The notes: a model not told the origin generated them from the sequence alone. A stretch of DNA of 64,000 nucleotides from an uncultured Spirochaetales bacterium (GCA_964653555.1 CAZZFT010000005.1:12729-76728), one strand, 5' to 3'. Positions 37,897 to 46,842 are shown, numbered from the stretch's first letter. Translations and numbers: made by a program.

Positions 37897-37926
37897 TTGA
37901 CAACCCGGTAGCACCGGCAGTAATAA
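37897..37926 (+). promoter_or_regulatory. Candidate sigma70-type promoter (TTGACA-18 nt-TAATAA) inside the 570-nt non-coding region
   Basis: A consensus -35 TTGACA is at 37897-37902. An AT-rich -10-like TAATAA is at 37921-37926 and matches 3 of 6 positions of TATAAT. It is the most AT-rich hexamer pair I saw in the window. It points toward the zinc-ribbon gene about 470 nt downstream. Confidence 0.35.
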
Positions 37927-38397
37927 GCGAAGAGCCTTGTGTCGGCTCGACCTGTCGCGGGGGGCTCCGAGGAGCAGTCGCGCGACATCGAGAAGGCACC
38001 GACCACCCCCAGTACCGGACCCATGGAGGCGACCGCAACCCCACCCCCCTGAGGGGAAGCGTGTGCGCGCAGCTGTGATGGACACTTCGCATCCGGGCTC
38101 GATCGAGTCGCGGATAGGCAGCTCGCGGTAGAGGTCTTCCCACCTTCGTCGGACGGCGTTCACCCCCGCTGTGACTGACCCCCTTCTCGCACGCACGCAG
38201 CTCCCTGGCAGGACCGCGACCCAACGGGTGGCGTCGCCTCACATCGGAGCGGTTCCGGGACTTGGCGGATGCCTTGGCACAGGGCTTGCGAATCCCGTCC
38301 CCAAGGGCCCGGGTCGGGTTCGAGGCACCAACATCCGCATCTTCCACACAGGGTGGAAGGAGTGACCGGGGCCCCCGGAGGCGACCCGAGGCGAGGG

Positions 38398-38895
38398 ATG
38401 GCGAGCATGAAGCGAGGCGTCGGGTACTGCGAGAACACGGACTGTGAGGACTACGCGAAGGGCGTCTTCCTCCTGAACCACGGTGACACCTTCTATTGCC
38501 CGCGCTGTCGCCAGCTCGGCAAAGTCGAGAAGGAGCGCGGCTTCTATACCGGCAACACGGACATCTTCAAGGAAGTCCGGGTCGAGTACAATTTCGACCC
38601 GATCAACAGCGTGTACCGCGAGATTGCGATCGTCCGAGACGAGAGTCTCTGGGGTCGCAACAACGTCTACACGCTCCAGTCCCCCCTGATCAAGACGGAG
38701 AAGCGAGCGCTGAAGGTGGCCGAAGCGATCCTCGCCAATCTCAACCGCTACCGCGGCCTGCTCAACGGCGACGACATCCCCCGGACGACCGAGATCATCC
38801 TCTCCTTCGACGAGCCCTTCGACGAGTTCTCCCGCAAGCTCGAGCAGCTCTCGCGCGAGTGGGAGGCCAGCGGGCTTCGCGAGGGACAGCGCTAG
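38398..38895 (+). CDS. Hypothetical protein (165 aa) with N-terminal 4-Cys zinc ribbon
   Basis: From ATG 38398, preceded by GAGG, the product reads MASMKRGVGYCENTDCEDYAKGVFLLNHGDTFYCPRCRQLGKV.... The composition is rich in K/N/Y/F/I. The gene is visibly less GC-rich than its neighbours but GC3 is still high. No family is recognised. Confidence 0.65.
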   Translation: MASMKRGVGYCENTDCEDYAKGVFLLNHGDTFYCPRCRQLGKVEKERGFYTGNTDIFKEVRVEYNFDPINSVYREIAIVRDESLWGRNNVYTLQSPLIKTEKRALKVAEAILANLNRYRGLLNGDDIPRTTEIILSFDEPFDEFSRKLEQLSREWEASGLREGQR

Positions 38896-38924
38896 GAGCG
38901 CCTGGCCTCGCCACGGCCGCTCCG

Positions 38925-38959
38925 GAGCCGGTCGCATCCTTTGGATGGGGCCCCGGCTC
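38925..38959. terminator. Hairpin between convergent genes (candidate bidirectional terminator)
   Basis: GAGCCGG (38925-38931) pairs with CCGGCTC (38953-38959). There is an inner stem CATCC-TTT-GGATG. It lies between the zinc-ribbon gene stop (38895) and the NUDIX gene stop (39001). Confidence 0.3.
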
Positions 38960-39000
38960 GTCCTCGATCCGACCGTCGCCCGGCGGGTCGTTCCGCCCCG

Positions 39001-39549
39001 TCAGCGGCCGCGCCAGCGGACGACCAGGTCGATGACCATCCCTGCCAGCACGTGGCGCCAGCCCTGGCGCTCACGGACGATGGCGGGCTCCGTGCGCCGG
39101 TCGAGAGCATCGGCGAGCGGTCCGCGGTACCAGGGCAGCAGCGTGCCTGGCAGCGCCAGCGGGTCGAACCACTCCACGGCGAGGGTCTCGCTGCTGGGCT
39201 GCATCGCGCCTCCCCGCACCCGACACAGGTAGATCCGCGCGCAGTGCGGCCGGAAGCCGCTCCGGTGGTAGTCGCCGACGTGGCGCTGGATCTCCACCTC
39301 GAGGCCGGTCTCCTCGCGGACCTCGCGGCGCAGGGCCTCCGCCCCCTCCTCGCCCGGGAGCGCTGCTCCTCCCGGAAGCTCCCACCCCCGGAGATCGCTG
39401 CGCAGGGCCAGGACCACTCCCTCGGGGCCCAGGATCGCCGCCTGATGCACCACGTGCTCGTCGCGCTCGAAGCGCGGCGACGCCAGGCCCCACCAGGCGA
39501 TCCGCGCATAGCTCGGCGCCGCTCCCAGCAGTCGCAGCACCCGCTCCAT
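39001..39549 (-). CDS. NUDIX hydrolase
   Basis: From ATG 39549 it carries the Nudix box GGAALPGEEGAEALRREVREETGLEV (G-x5-E-x7-REUxEExGU). Confidence 0.85.
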   Translation of the reverse strand: MERVLRLLGAAPSYARIAWWGLASPRFERDEHVVHQAAILGPEGVVLALRSDLRGWELPGGAALPGEEGAEALRREVREETGLEVEIQRHVGDYHRSGFRPHCARIYLCRVRGGAMQPSSETLAVEWFDPLALPGTLLPWYRGPLADALDRRTEPAIVRERQGWRHVLAGMVIDLVVRWRGR

Positions 39550-39560
39550 CCCCCGGGCCC

Positions 39561-40508
39561 CTACTCGATGATCTTGTTCAGGGGGTACTCGACGATGCCG
39601 CGCGCGCCGGCCTCGCGCAGGCGCGGCAGGAGCTCCTTCACGAGCCGCTCCTCGATCACGGTGTTGACCGCCACCCAGCGATCGTCCGCCAGGGTCGACA
39701 CGGTCGGCGTGCCCAGGGCCGGCAGCACGTCGAGCACCGTCTCGAGGTGCGCGCGCGGCACGTTCATCATCAGGCCGACGCGGTCCGCAGCGCGGATCGC
39801 TCCGCGCAGCAGCAGCACGATCCGGTCGATCGTGGCGCGCATCCCGGCATCGGCGTAGGACTCGCGGTTGGCAATGAAGCGCGGAGTGCTCTCCAGCACG
39901 GTGTCGATCACGTGCAGGCTGTTGGCGCGCAGGCTCGAGCCGGTCTCGGTGACGTCTACGATGGCGTCCGCGAGCAGCGGGGGCTTCACCTCGGTGGCAC
40001 CCCAGGAGAACTCGATCTTCGCGGACACCCCGTGCTGACGCAGGTAGCGCTTGGTCAGATTCACCACCTCGGTGGCGATCCGCTTGCCCGCGAGGTCCTT
40101 CGGCCGGCGGATCGGCGAGCCCTCCTTGACCGCGACCACCCAGCGAACCGGATTGTAGTTCGGCCAGGGCGCGCGCAGATCGGCGACCTCCTTCACGCGC
40201 GCGCGGTTCTCGAGCGTCCAGTCGATGCCGGTGATGCCCGCGTCGAGCACGCCCTGTTGGACGTAGCGCGCCATCTCCTGAGCCCGGATCAGGACGCACT
40301 CGATCTCCGGGTCGTCGATGTCGGGGTAGTAGGAGCGCTCGCGGATGCGCAGATCGAAGCCGGCGAGGGTGAAGAGCTTCTCGGTGGTGGCCTGGAGGCT
40401 GCCCTTCGGCAGGCCCAGGCGCAGCCGACGACCGGCCCCGGGCCCGGCGCTCCGTGACCGGCTTCGTGCGGGACTCTTCGTGCGCGCGCTCTGTGCGGGA
40501 GCCATCAT
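39561..40508 (-). CDS. hisG: ATP phosphoribosyltransferase, long form
   Basis: Motifs are LRLGLPKGSLQ, DAGITGIDW and VDVTETGSSLRAN, followed by a C-terminal regulatory domain (LMMNVPRAHLETVLDVLPAL...). The Arg/Ser-rich N-terminal 28 aa may not be translated. Confidence 0.9.
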   Translation of the reverse strand: MMAPAQSARTKSPARSRSRSAGPGAGRRLRLGLPKGSLQATTEKLFTLAGFDLRIRERSYYPDIDDPEIECVLIRAQEMARYVQQGVLDAGITGIDWTLENRARVKEVADLRAPWPNYNPVRWVVAVKEGSPIRRPKDLAGKRIATEVVNLTKRYLRQHGVSAKIEFSWGATEVKPPLLADAIVDVTETGSSLRANSLHVIDTVLESTPRFIANRESYADAGMRATIDRIVLLLRGAIRAADRVGLMMNVPRAHLETVLDVLPALGTPTVSTLADDRWVAVNTVIEERLVKELLPRLREAGARGIVEYPLNKIIE

Positions 40509-40531
40509 CCGACCTCGCGGGGCGCGCGAGG

Positions 40532-43204
40532 CTACCGGGTGCCCAGGGCGGCTGCCAGACGCGTGCGCAGCGCAGCGAGCTCGTCCCAGCGCGGACCGCG
40601 CGCGAGCGGCGCATCGCCGCGATCGCCCTCGCCGCCGGGGGAGACGACCAGGATCCGGCGGCGGATCATCCCCTCGACGGCGTTCGCGAACGTGACCGGA
40701 TTCTGCGCCTCGGGCAGCCCCACCTCCCCGATCAGCGCCAGTCGCTCGAACTGCTCGGCGATCCGTTTGTGGAGCGCCTTGCGCGGGATCGGCTCGACGA
40801 GCTCCGCGACCGCGAACACCGCCACGTAGTAGCTCTCGACGACGGCGCACATCTGCTCGGAGAGGAACTCCAGGTGCGGTACGCCCTCGGAGGTGGCCCG
40901 GAGCCCGCCGTCGACAGAAGCGATCCAGCCCCGCTGCTCGAAGTGGACCAGGAACGCTTCCAGATGGTCGGCGAGCTCGACGTCGCGAGCGATGAAGAAC
41001 TCGCCGTAGAAGATCTCGAGCCACTCTCCGACCCGCGCCTTCACGCGCTCGCGCGCTCCGCCCGCCAGCAGCTCCCGGGCCAGGAAGCCGGGAGGCGCCA
41101 GGAAGTGCAGAATCGTGTTGCGGTAGATGTCGAGGGCACGGCGCCGCCCCGGCTCGAAGAACAGGATCTCGCCGCGCGAGTCCTCGGCGGCGCGAATCAG
41201 GTCCATCCGCAGAAGCGAGGAGATCGAGTCCGCGAAGTCCCCCTCGTCGCGCACCAGTGCCGGGGTCAGCTCGACGTCCATGAGACGCAGCACGTCGACG
41301 AGCTGCTGCATGCGCAGCGCGAGATCGCGACGGAACAGACCGCGGCGCTGCTCCCCGAGCAACGCGCACGCGGCGACGCTGGTCGCGTGGGGCACGATCG
41401 CCCGGTTCATCCGCTCGACGATCCCGTTCGCGAGCTCCTCGACGAAGTGGCGCCGCGCTGCGACCGACTCCTCGTCGTCGCCCTCGATCTGCTCGCGCCG
41501 GTCGCCGATGGCGACCGCGAGGGAGAGCGGCTCGCCGAAGTGGACGAACACGGAGCCGAAGCGGCGCTGCAGGAACCTCCCCGCCCGCACCAGTCCCAGC
41601 ATGCTCTCCGCTTCCTTGGCGCCGCCCTCGAGCTCTCCGACCATCGCCCCCTCTTCCACCAGTCGCTCGTAGGTGAGGGCCACGGGCACGAAGAGCAGAT
41701 CGCGACGCCCGCTGGCGAGGAAAGCCTCCACGTCCCAGGAGAGCACTCCGAGGCGCGGCGGCAGCGTCTTGCCCGTGCGCGAGCGCCCTCCCTCGATGAA
41801 GAACTCCTGGGTGAAGCCCTCCTTGATCAGGTAGCCGACGTAGGTGCGGAAGACGGCCTTGTAGAGCGGGTCGTCGAAGCTCCTGCGCAGGAAGAAGGCC
41901 CCGGCTCGACGCCACAGGAAGCCGAAGGGGCCGAAAGCCATGTTCTCACGGGCCGCGATGTGGGGCGGCAGCATGTGCCGTCGGTAGAAGAGCACCGAGA
42001 TGATCAGGAAGTCGAAGTAGGAGCGGTGGGTCGGGACCAGCACGACCGGATCGCGGCGCGCGACCTCGGTCACGCGTTCGAGGCCCGAATCCTCCACCTG
42101 GACGAACAGGCGCCGGATCACCGCGCCGACCGCCAGGTCGAGGACCGCCAGGAAGGTCGAGCTCATGTTCGCGGCGATCTCGCGGAACATCTTCTCGGCC
42201 CGGACCCGCGCGCTCTCGCCCGAGACCTTGTGCTGGGACGCGTAGCGAGCCACCGCCTCGGCGACCTCGGGCGATCGCACCACGATCTCCTGCACCCGGT
42301 GATAGGGCTGGAGCACCGGTCCCTCGACGACGCGCTCGGAGCGGTAGAGGAAGGTCAGGATCGAGCGGCGAATCACGCGCGCCAGCGCCGAGGGCGTCGA
42401 CTCGCTCCGGCGGGCCACGAAGCCCTGCACGTCGATCGGCTCTCCCACCTTCACGTGCAGGCCTCGGTAGGTGGTCAGGAAGGAGAACACCTTGGCGAAG
42501 TCGTTGGGTCGCGTGAGGGCGCCGTAAGAGAGGTTGAGGAACCGGCGGCGCGCCCTCGGCCCCTTGCGCCAGAAGAGCGCCAGCGGAACCACGTGCACCG
42601 GACGGCCCGAGCTCTGGGCCGCGGCCACCACCTCCGTCAACAGGTCCCGCTCCTGACGGCTCTGCTCGATGCGTCCCTGCAGCCCGCGCAGCTGCGAGCG
42701 CAGGCTCGCCGTGCGCAGGAACAGGAAGAAGGAGCCGCCCTCGCGGGTGAGCTCGCGGCAATACTCGCGAGCGCGCACCACCTCGACGTCCTGCGGCACG
42801 CCGCGCGGCCGTCGCCACACCGTGCGCAGGGCGTCGCCCAGCGGGCGGTAGTACCAGAAGCGGATGCCGTTGGCGAAACCCGACAGGCGCAGCCCCTCGC
42901 GGCGGAAGAGCGTGTTGAAGAGGAAGTAGTCGAGGCGGCTCGCATAGCGCATCACGTAGACGACGGCGCCCTGGTCCTCGAGGGCTCGCAGCCGGGCGAC
43001 CGTCGCGTCGTCGAGGTCGAAGTGCCCGAAGAACCGCCGCGCGAAGGTGCGGAAGAACAGATTGAAGCGCGGCGTCATCGCCGTCAGCGGGTCGCTGCGG
43101 CGCAGTCCCTCCCCGGGGTCGGGCTTCGGCGCAGCGGCCGCGGTCGCCTGCCGCTGGGTCAGAGAGGACTCGGCAGGCGCCGAACCAGTCGACTTCTCCG
43201 GCAT
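40532..43204 (-). CDS. plsB: Glycerol-3-phosphate acyltransferase PlsB
   Basis: From ATG 43204 the product is 890 aa. It has the acyltransferase H-x4-D motif VPTHRSYFDFLI, FFIEGGRSRTGK and PVALTYER. Confidence 0.9.
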   Translation of the reverse strand: MPEKSTGSAPAESSLTQRQATAAAAPKPDPGEGLRRSDPLTAMTPRFNLFFRTFARRFFGHFDLDDATVARLRALEDQGAVVYVMRYASRLDYFLFNTLFRREGLRLSGFANGIRFWYYRPLGDALRTVWRRPRGVPQDVEVVRAREYCRELTREGGSFFLFLRTASLRSQLRGLQGRIEQSRQERDLLTEVVAAAQSSGRPVHVVPLALFWRKGPRARRRFLNLSYGALTRPNDFAKVFSFLTTYRGLHVKVGEPIDVQGFVARRSESTPSALARVIRRSILTFLYRSERVVEGPVLQPYHRVQEIVVRSPEVAEAVARYASQHKVSGESARVRAEKMFREIAANMSSTFLAVLDLAVGAVIRRLFVQVEDSGLERVTEVARRDPVVLVPTHRSYFDFLIISVLFYRRHMLPPHIAARENMAFGPFGFLWRRAGAFFLRRSFDDPLYKAVFRTYVGYLIKEGFTQEFFIEGGRSRTGKTLPPRLGVLSWDVEAFLASGRRDLLFVPVALTYERLVEEGAMVGELEGGAKEAESMLGLVRAGRFLQRRFGSVFVHFGEPLSLAVAIGDRREQIEGDDEESVAARRHFVEELANGIVERMNRAIVPHATSVAACALLGEQRRGLFRRDLALRMQQLVDVLRLMDVELTPALVRDEGDFADSISSLLRMDLIRAAEDSRGEILFFEPGRRRALDIYRNTILHFLAPPGFLARELLAGGARERVKARVGEWLEIFYGEFFIARDVELADHLEAFLVHFEQRGWIASVDGGLRATSEGVPHLEFLSEQMCAVVESYYVAVFAVAELVEPIPRKALHKRIAEQFERLALIGEVGLPEAQNPVTFANAVEGMIRRRILVVSPGGEGDRGDAPLARGPRWDELAALRTRLAAALGTR

Positions 43205-43227
43205 GGCCGGAAGGTAACGCCGTGGCC

Positions 43228-44094
43228 CTACTCCGGCAGCAGGATCTCCCCGGGCTTCATCGCGTCCGCGATCTCGTCGGGCGTCCACAAGCCACCCTCG
43301 GCCTGCTTGGTGCGGCCGGTATGCGTGATCACCCGCATCTCGGCGATGCGACCGGCGCCGACGTAGAAGGTCTTCCCCGTCAGATCCTTGGCGTCGTCGC
43401 TGGCGAGGTAGACGATCAGCGGCGAGACGAGACCCGGTCTCATCTTCGCGCGAAGCGCGTCGTCGTCCTTGAAGCCCGGCAGGTCCTCCGTGAGCCGCGT
43501 CAGGGCGACCGGGGCCAGGATGTGTACGCGGATGCCGTACTTCACGCCCTCGATCGCGAGACAGCGCGAGAAACCGGCGATGCCCGCCTTCGCCGCGCCG
43601 TAGTTGCACTGACCGAAGTTGCCGTTCAGGCCCGAAGTGGAGGACGTGTTGATGATCACGCCGCCCCGTCCCGAGTCCTTCATGTGGTTGTAGACGGCGT
43701 GAGTGACGCAGTAGGTCCCCTTGAGGTGAACCTTCACCACGATGTCCCACATTTCCTCGGTGGTGTTCGCGAAGGACTTATCGCGCAGGATTCCCGCGTT
43801 GTTCACCAGGAGGTCGACGCGCTCGAAGGCGCCGAGGGCTCCCTTCAGGATGTTCCGTCCACCCGCCACCGTGGAGACGTCGTCGTAGTTGGCGGCGGCC
43901 TCGCCGCCCGCGGCGCGGATCTCCTCGACGACCTGGTCGGCCATCGAGTGCCCCTTGCCGGTGCCGTCGCGCGAGCCACCGAGGTCGTTGACCAGCACCG
44001 ACGCTCCCGCTCGCGCCAGCGCCAGCGCATGCTCACGACCGATGCCGCCACCGGCGCCGGTCACGATCGCCACCTTGCCGTCGAGCCAACCCAT
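43228..44094 (-). CDS. Short-chain dehydrogenase/reductase (MFE-2/3-hydroxyacyl-CoA dehydrogenase-like)
   Basis: From ATG 44094 the motifs are VTGAGGGIGRE, NNAG and SSTSG...YGAAK (catalytic Y-x3-K). Confidence 0.9.
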   Translation of the reverse strand: MGWLDGKVAIVTGAGGGIGREHALALARAGASVLVNDLGGSRDGTGKGHSMADQVVEEIRAAGGEAAANYDDVSTVAGGRNILKGALGAFERVDLLVNNAGILRDKSFANTTEEMWDIVVKVHLKGTYCVTHAVYNHMKDSGRGGVIINTSSTSGLNGNFGQCNYGAAKAGIAGFSRCLAIEGVKYGIRVHILAPVALTRLTEDLPGFKDDDALRAKMRPGLVSPLIVYLASDDAKDLTGKTFYVGAGRIAEMRVITHTGRTKQAEGGLWTPDEIADAMKPGEILLPE

Positions 44095-44164
44095 GTCCAG
44101 CGCCTCCTTCGCGCTTCGCGCGGACGCGCGCGCGTTGCCGCCGCACACTACCGGATGTGGATCG

Positions 44165-45028
44165 CTAGGTGAAGAGGATCGTGCGCAGGCGGCCGAAGGG
44201 CTTGAAGCCCAGGCCCTCGTAGAGGCGATGTGCGCCCTCGTTGCCGTCGACGACGGCGAGCTGCACGTGGTCGGCGCCCGCGGCGAAGGACTCGCGGCAC
44301 AGCGCCGAGGTCCCGGCCGCGGCGAGCCCCTGCCGACGCGCCTGGGGCCAGGTGTAGACGCCCTGGAGCAGCCAGCCCTCGGGCCGCTGCACGTCGGCGT
44401 AGCCCACGAAACGCACCTGCCCTCCGCTCTCCACCAGGCGCGCCCGCGGCAGGCGCCCTCGCACCCAGCGACGGAAGCCGCGCGCGTCGCCCGCGAAGGG
44501 GTCGGGTCGGTGCTCCTCGCGCAGGCTCTCCCGCGCCGCATACACCAGCGGCTCGAGGTCTTCCTCGTCGGCGACCCGGGTGACGCGTGCGGAGCCGACG
44601 CCCGCGAGACTCGCCGCGTCGGACCGCAGCTCGTAGCTGGTCTCGAAGCGATCCACCCAGACGCGGTGGCGCCGCCGGGAGACGTGGGACCACAGACGCT
44701 CGACCGCGGGCGGGTCGCCCTTCACCAGACCGACCTCGAGCGCGGCGATCAGGGGCAGGAGCGTCTCGAGGGCCTCGGAGGAGATGTGCGCGTCGAAGAC
44801 GATCGTCGGCCGCAGCGAGGCGACTCCGATCAGCTCACCGTTGGCGAACGCCCCGACGAGCTCGGTGGCCATCTCCCCGGGCAGCGGCGGCTCTCCGAGC
44901 CGCGCCGCCAGGTCGAGCAGCAGCAGGTTCGCCCGCCCGTCCGCCGCGAGCCGCGCCATCACGTCGGGCAGCGACTCGCGCCCGATCCGTCTGGCCTTCG
45001 GCCTCCTTGCCGACAACGCGGCGCTCAT
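44165..45028 (-). CDS. GNAT-family N-acetyltransferase (two-lobed)
   Basis: This is the full track ORF. The C-terminal acetyl-CoA site reads QARRQGLAAAGTSAL...NEGAHRLYEGLGFKPFG. Confidence 0.8.
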   Translation of the reverse strand: MSAALSARRPKARRIGRESLPDVMARLAADGRANLLLLDLAARLGEPPLPGEMATELVGAFANGELIGVASLRPTIVFDAHISSEALETLLPLIAALEVGLVKGDPPAVERLWSHVSRRRHRVWVDRFETSYELRSDAASLAGVGSARVTRVADEEDLEPLVYAARESLREEHRPDPFAGDARGFRRWVRGRLPRARLVESGGQVRFVGYADVQRPEGWLLQGVYTWPQARRQGLAAAGTSALCRESFAAGADHVQLAVVDGNEGAHRLYEGLGFKPFGRLRTILFT

Positions 45029-45065
45029 GGTGACCTGCTCTCGACCTCGCCTGGCAGCCCGGTGC

Positions 45066-45281
45066 TCAATCGAGCACGACGAGGACGGCGCCCTCCTCGA
45101 TGCTCTCGCCTTCGGCGACTCGGATCTCGCTGACCCGCCCCGCGCAGGGCGCTTCGACGGGGATCTCCATCTTCATCGACTCGAGGATCAGGAGCACCTC
45201 CTCCTCGGCCACCTCCGTGCCCACCTGCGTCTCGATCTTCCACACGTTGCCCGCGATTTCGGCGGCGACCTCGGTCGGCAT
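45066..45281 (-). CDS. Stand-alone biotinyl/lipoyl-domain protein (71 aa, BCCP-like)
   Basis: From ATG 45281 the product is MPTEVAAEIAGNVWKIETQVGTEVAEEEVLLILESMKMEIPVEAPCAGRV..., with the canonical E-S-M-K-M biotinylation motif. Confidence 0.8.
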   Translation of the reverse strand: MPTEVAAEIAGNVWKIETQVGTEVAEEEVLLILESMKMEIPVEAPCAGRVSEIRVAEGESIEEGAVLVVLD

Positions 45282-45348
45282 CCCCCCTCCTCTCGAACCG
45301 TGAGCGCTGGCGGCCCAGCATAGCTCCGCCGCGCTACAGTCCGCCCCC

Positions 45349-46842
45349 ATGCTCGAGACGCTGACCCGGGGCTTCGGAGCCGCGCGAGAGCGCCTTTCGG
45401 GCGTGCGCGAGCTCGGGGAGGAGAACATCGGCGAGGCGCTCCGCGACGTGCGGATGTCGCTGCTCGAAGCCGACGTCGACCTCGCCGTCGTTCGCGACTT
45501 CCTCGAGCGGGTCAAGCAGCGCGCCCTCGGCCAGAAGGTCGAGACGCGCGTGCGCAACGCCGCCGGGCGCTCGATCCGGGTGACTCCCGGCCAGCACTTC
45601 GTGCGGGCCTGCGAGCAGGAGCTCGTGGACCTGATGGGGCCGGTCGACCCCTCCCTGGCGCGGAACCGGGGCGTCACTTCGATCATGCTGGTCGGGCTCC
45701 AGGGTGTCGGGAAGACGACGGTGGCCGGCAAGATCGCCCGCCACCTCCAGAAGCAGGGGCGCCGTCCGCTGCTCGTCGCCGCGGACGTCTACCGACCGGC
45801 GGCGGTACAGCAGCTCCAGACGCTCGGCGCGCAGATCGACGTGCCGGTGCACAGCGGCGCGCCCGGCGAGCCGCCGGCGGCGATCTGCAAGGCCGGGCAG
45901 GCCCGCGCCCGCTCCGAGGGCTTCGACGCGATCGTCTACGACACGGCCGGCCGCCTGGCGATCGACGACCAGCTGATGCGCGAGCTCGAGGAGATCCGCG
46001 CGTCCACCGAGCCCGCCAACACGCTGCTGGTGTGCGACGCACTGATGGGCCGGGACGCCGTGAACGTCGCCAAGGCCTTCGCCGAGCGTCTGCCCCTCGA
46101 CGGGCTGGTGATGACCAAGCTCGACGGCGACGCGCGCGGCGGCGCCGCGCTCGCCGTCAAGGCGGTGACCGGCGTCCCGATCAAGCTGCTCGGCACCGGC
46201 GAGACGCTCGACCGCCTCGAGGAGTTCCGGCCCGAGGGGATGGCCTCGCGCATCCTGGGCATGGGCGACATCGTCGGCCTGGTCAAGGACTTCGAGGAGG
46301 TCGTCGACGAGAAGGAGGCCGAGGCCGACGCCGCGCGGCTGCTGAAGGGCCAGTTCGGCCTCGACGACCTGCTGAAGCAGCTCAAGATGATCCAGAAGCT
46401 GGGGCCGCTTCGGGAGGTCGTGTCGAAGCTGCCGATGTTCGGGCAGCTGGCCGACCAGATGGAAGAGTCGCAGCTGGTCCGCGTCGAGTCGCTGATCCGC
46501 TCGATGACCCCGAGCGAGAGGAAGCAGCCGGAGCTGATCGACCGCAGTCGGGCGCGGCGGATCGCCCGGGGCAGCGGGCGCCGCAGCTCCGAGGTGCGCG
46601 AGCTGGTCAAGCGCTTCGAACAGATGCGGGGGATGATGTCGGCGCTCGGGTCCGGCGGCGGGGGTCTCCTGTCGCGGATTCCGGGCATGGGCCAGCTGGC
46701 GGGTGCCGGGGGCTTGTCGCCTGCGACCCTGCTCGAAGGGGGCGGGGGACCGGGACGGCGCGCGCTGGAGAAGCGCCGCTCGCAGCAGCGGGGCAAGCGC
46801 AAGCAGGCGCGAAAGTCGCGCAAGAAGAACCGCCGCCGTTGA
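45349..46842 (+). CDS. ffh: Signal recognition particle protein Ffh
   Basis: N domain and G domain are present (GLQGVGKTTVAGK, DTAGRL, TKLDGDARGG), followed by a Met-rich M domain and a basic tail. Confidence 0.95.
   Translation: MLETLTRGFGAARERLSGVRELGEENIGEALRDVRMSLLEADVDLAVVRDFLERVKQRALGQKVETRVRNAAGRSIRVTPGQHFVRACEQELVDLMGPVDPSLARNRGVTSIMLVGLQGVGKTTVAGKIARHLQKQGRRPLLVAADVYRPAAVQQLQTLGAQIDVPVHSGAPGEPPAAICKAGQARARSEGFDAIVYDTAGRLAIDDQLMRELEEIRASTEPANTLLVCDALMGRDAVNVAKAFAERLPLDGLVMTKLDGDARGGAALAVKAVTGVPIKLLGTGETLDRLEEFRPEGMASRILGMGDIVGLVKDFEEVVDEKEAEADAARLLKGQFGLDDLLKQLKMIQKLGPLREVVSKLPMFGQLADQMEESQLVRVESLIRSMTPSERKQPELIDRSRARRIARGSGRRSSEVRELVKRFEQMRGMMSALGSGGGGLLSRIPGMGQLAGAGGLSPATLLEGGGGPGRRALEKRRSQQRGKRKQARKSRKKNRRR

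Noticed and set aside
38089-38100. A TCCGGGCTC string resembling the RNase P RNA P4 element.
   Set aside because: The preceding GGAAAG and the other universally conserved RNase P blocks (the GGTAAGGGTGAAA-like block and the ACAGAA...CCGGCTTA-like block) are absent on both strands.
38305-38325. A tRNA/tmRNA-like T-loop sequence (GGGTTCGAGG) in the long non-coding region.
   Set aside because: The flanks do not form a T-stem, acceptor stem or anticodon arm, and there is no CCA-proximal acceptor pairing. This is a chance match.
38025-38386. A direct 10-nt repeat GGAGGCGACC (38025-38034 and 38377-38386) with a complementary GTCGCCTC (38233-38240) that could form alternative pairings near the start codon.
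   Set aside because: A back-of-envelope estimate for this base composition gives about one 10-nt repeat by chance in a 570-nt GC-rich stretch. The same 9-mer also occurs inside mltD at 48661. On its own this is not significant evidence for a riboswitch-like mechanism.
37827-39000. The idea that the non-coding region plus the orphan gene is a mobile or horizontally inserted element that split the ccm operon.
   Set aside because: I could find no integrase, transposase or recombinase, no flanking direct or inverted repeats, and no tRNA target. GC3 of the orphan gene is still high. It is kept only as a hypothesis inside the ccm finding.
40454-43366. A 970-aa plus-strand ORF covering the whole plsB region.
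   Set aside because: It is antisense to a clear PlsB (H-x4-D motif, full length). Its translation is low-complexity (E/R/A/L/H runs) without domains, so it is a GC artefact.
43205-43750. An N-terminal extension of the PlsB ORF (track start 43750).
   Set aside because: It overlaps the SDR gene in a different frame and is Arg/Gly-rich. ATG 43204 gives a normal PlsB N-terminus with a short intergenic gap.
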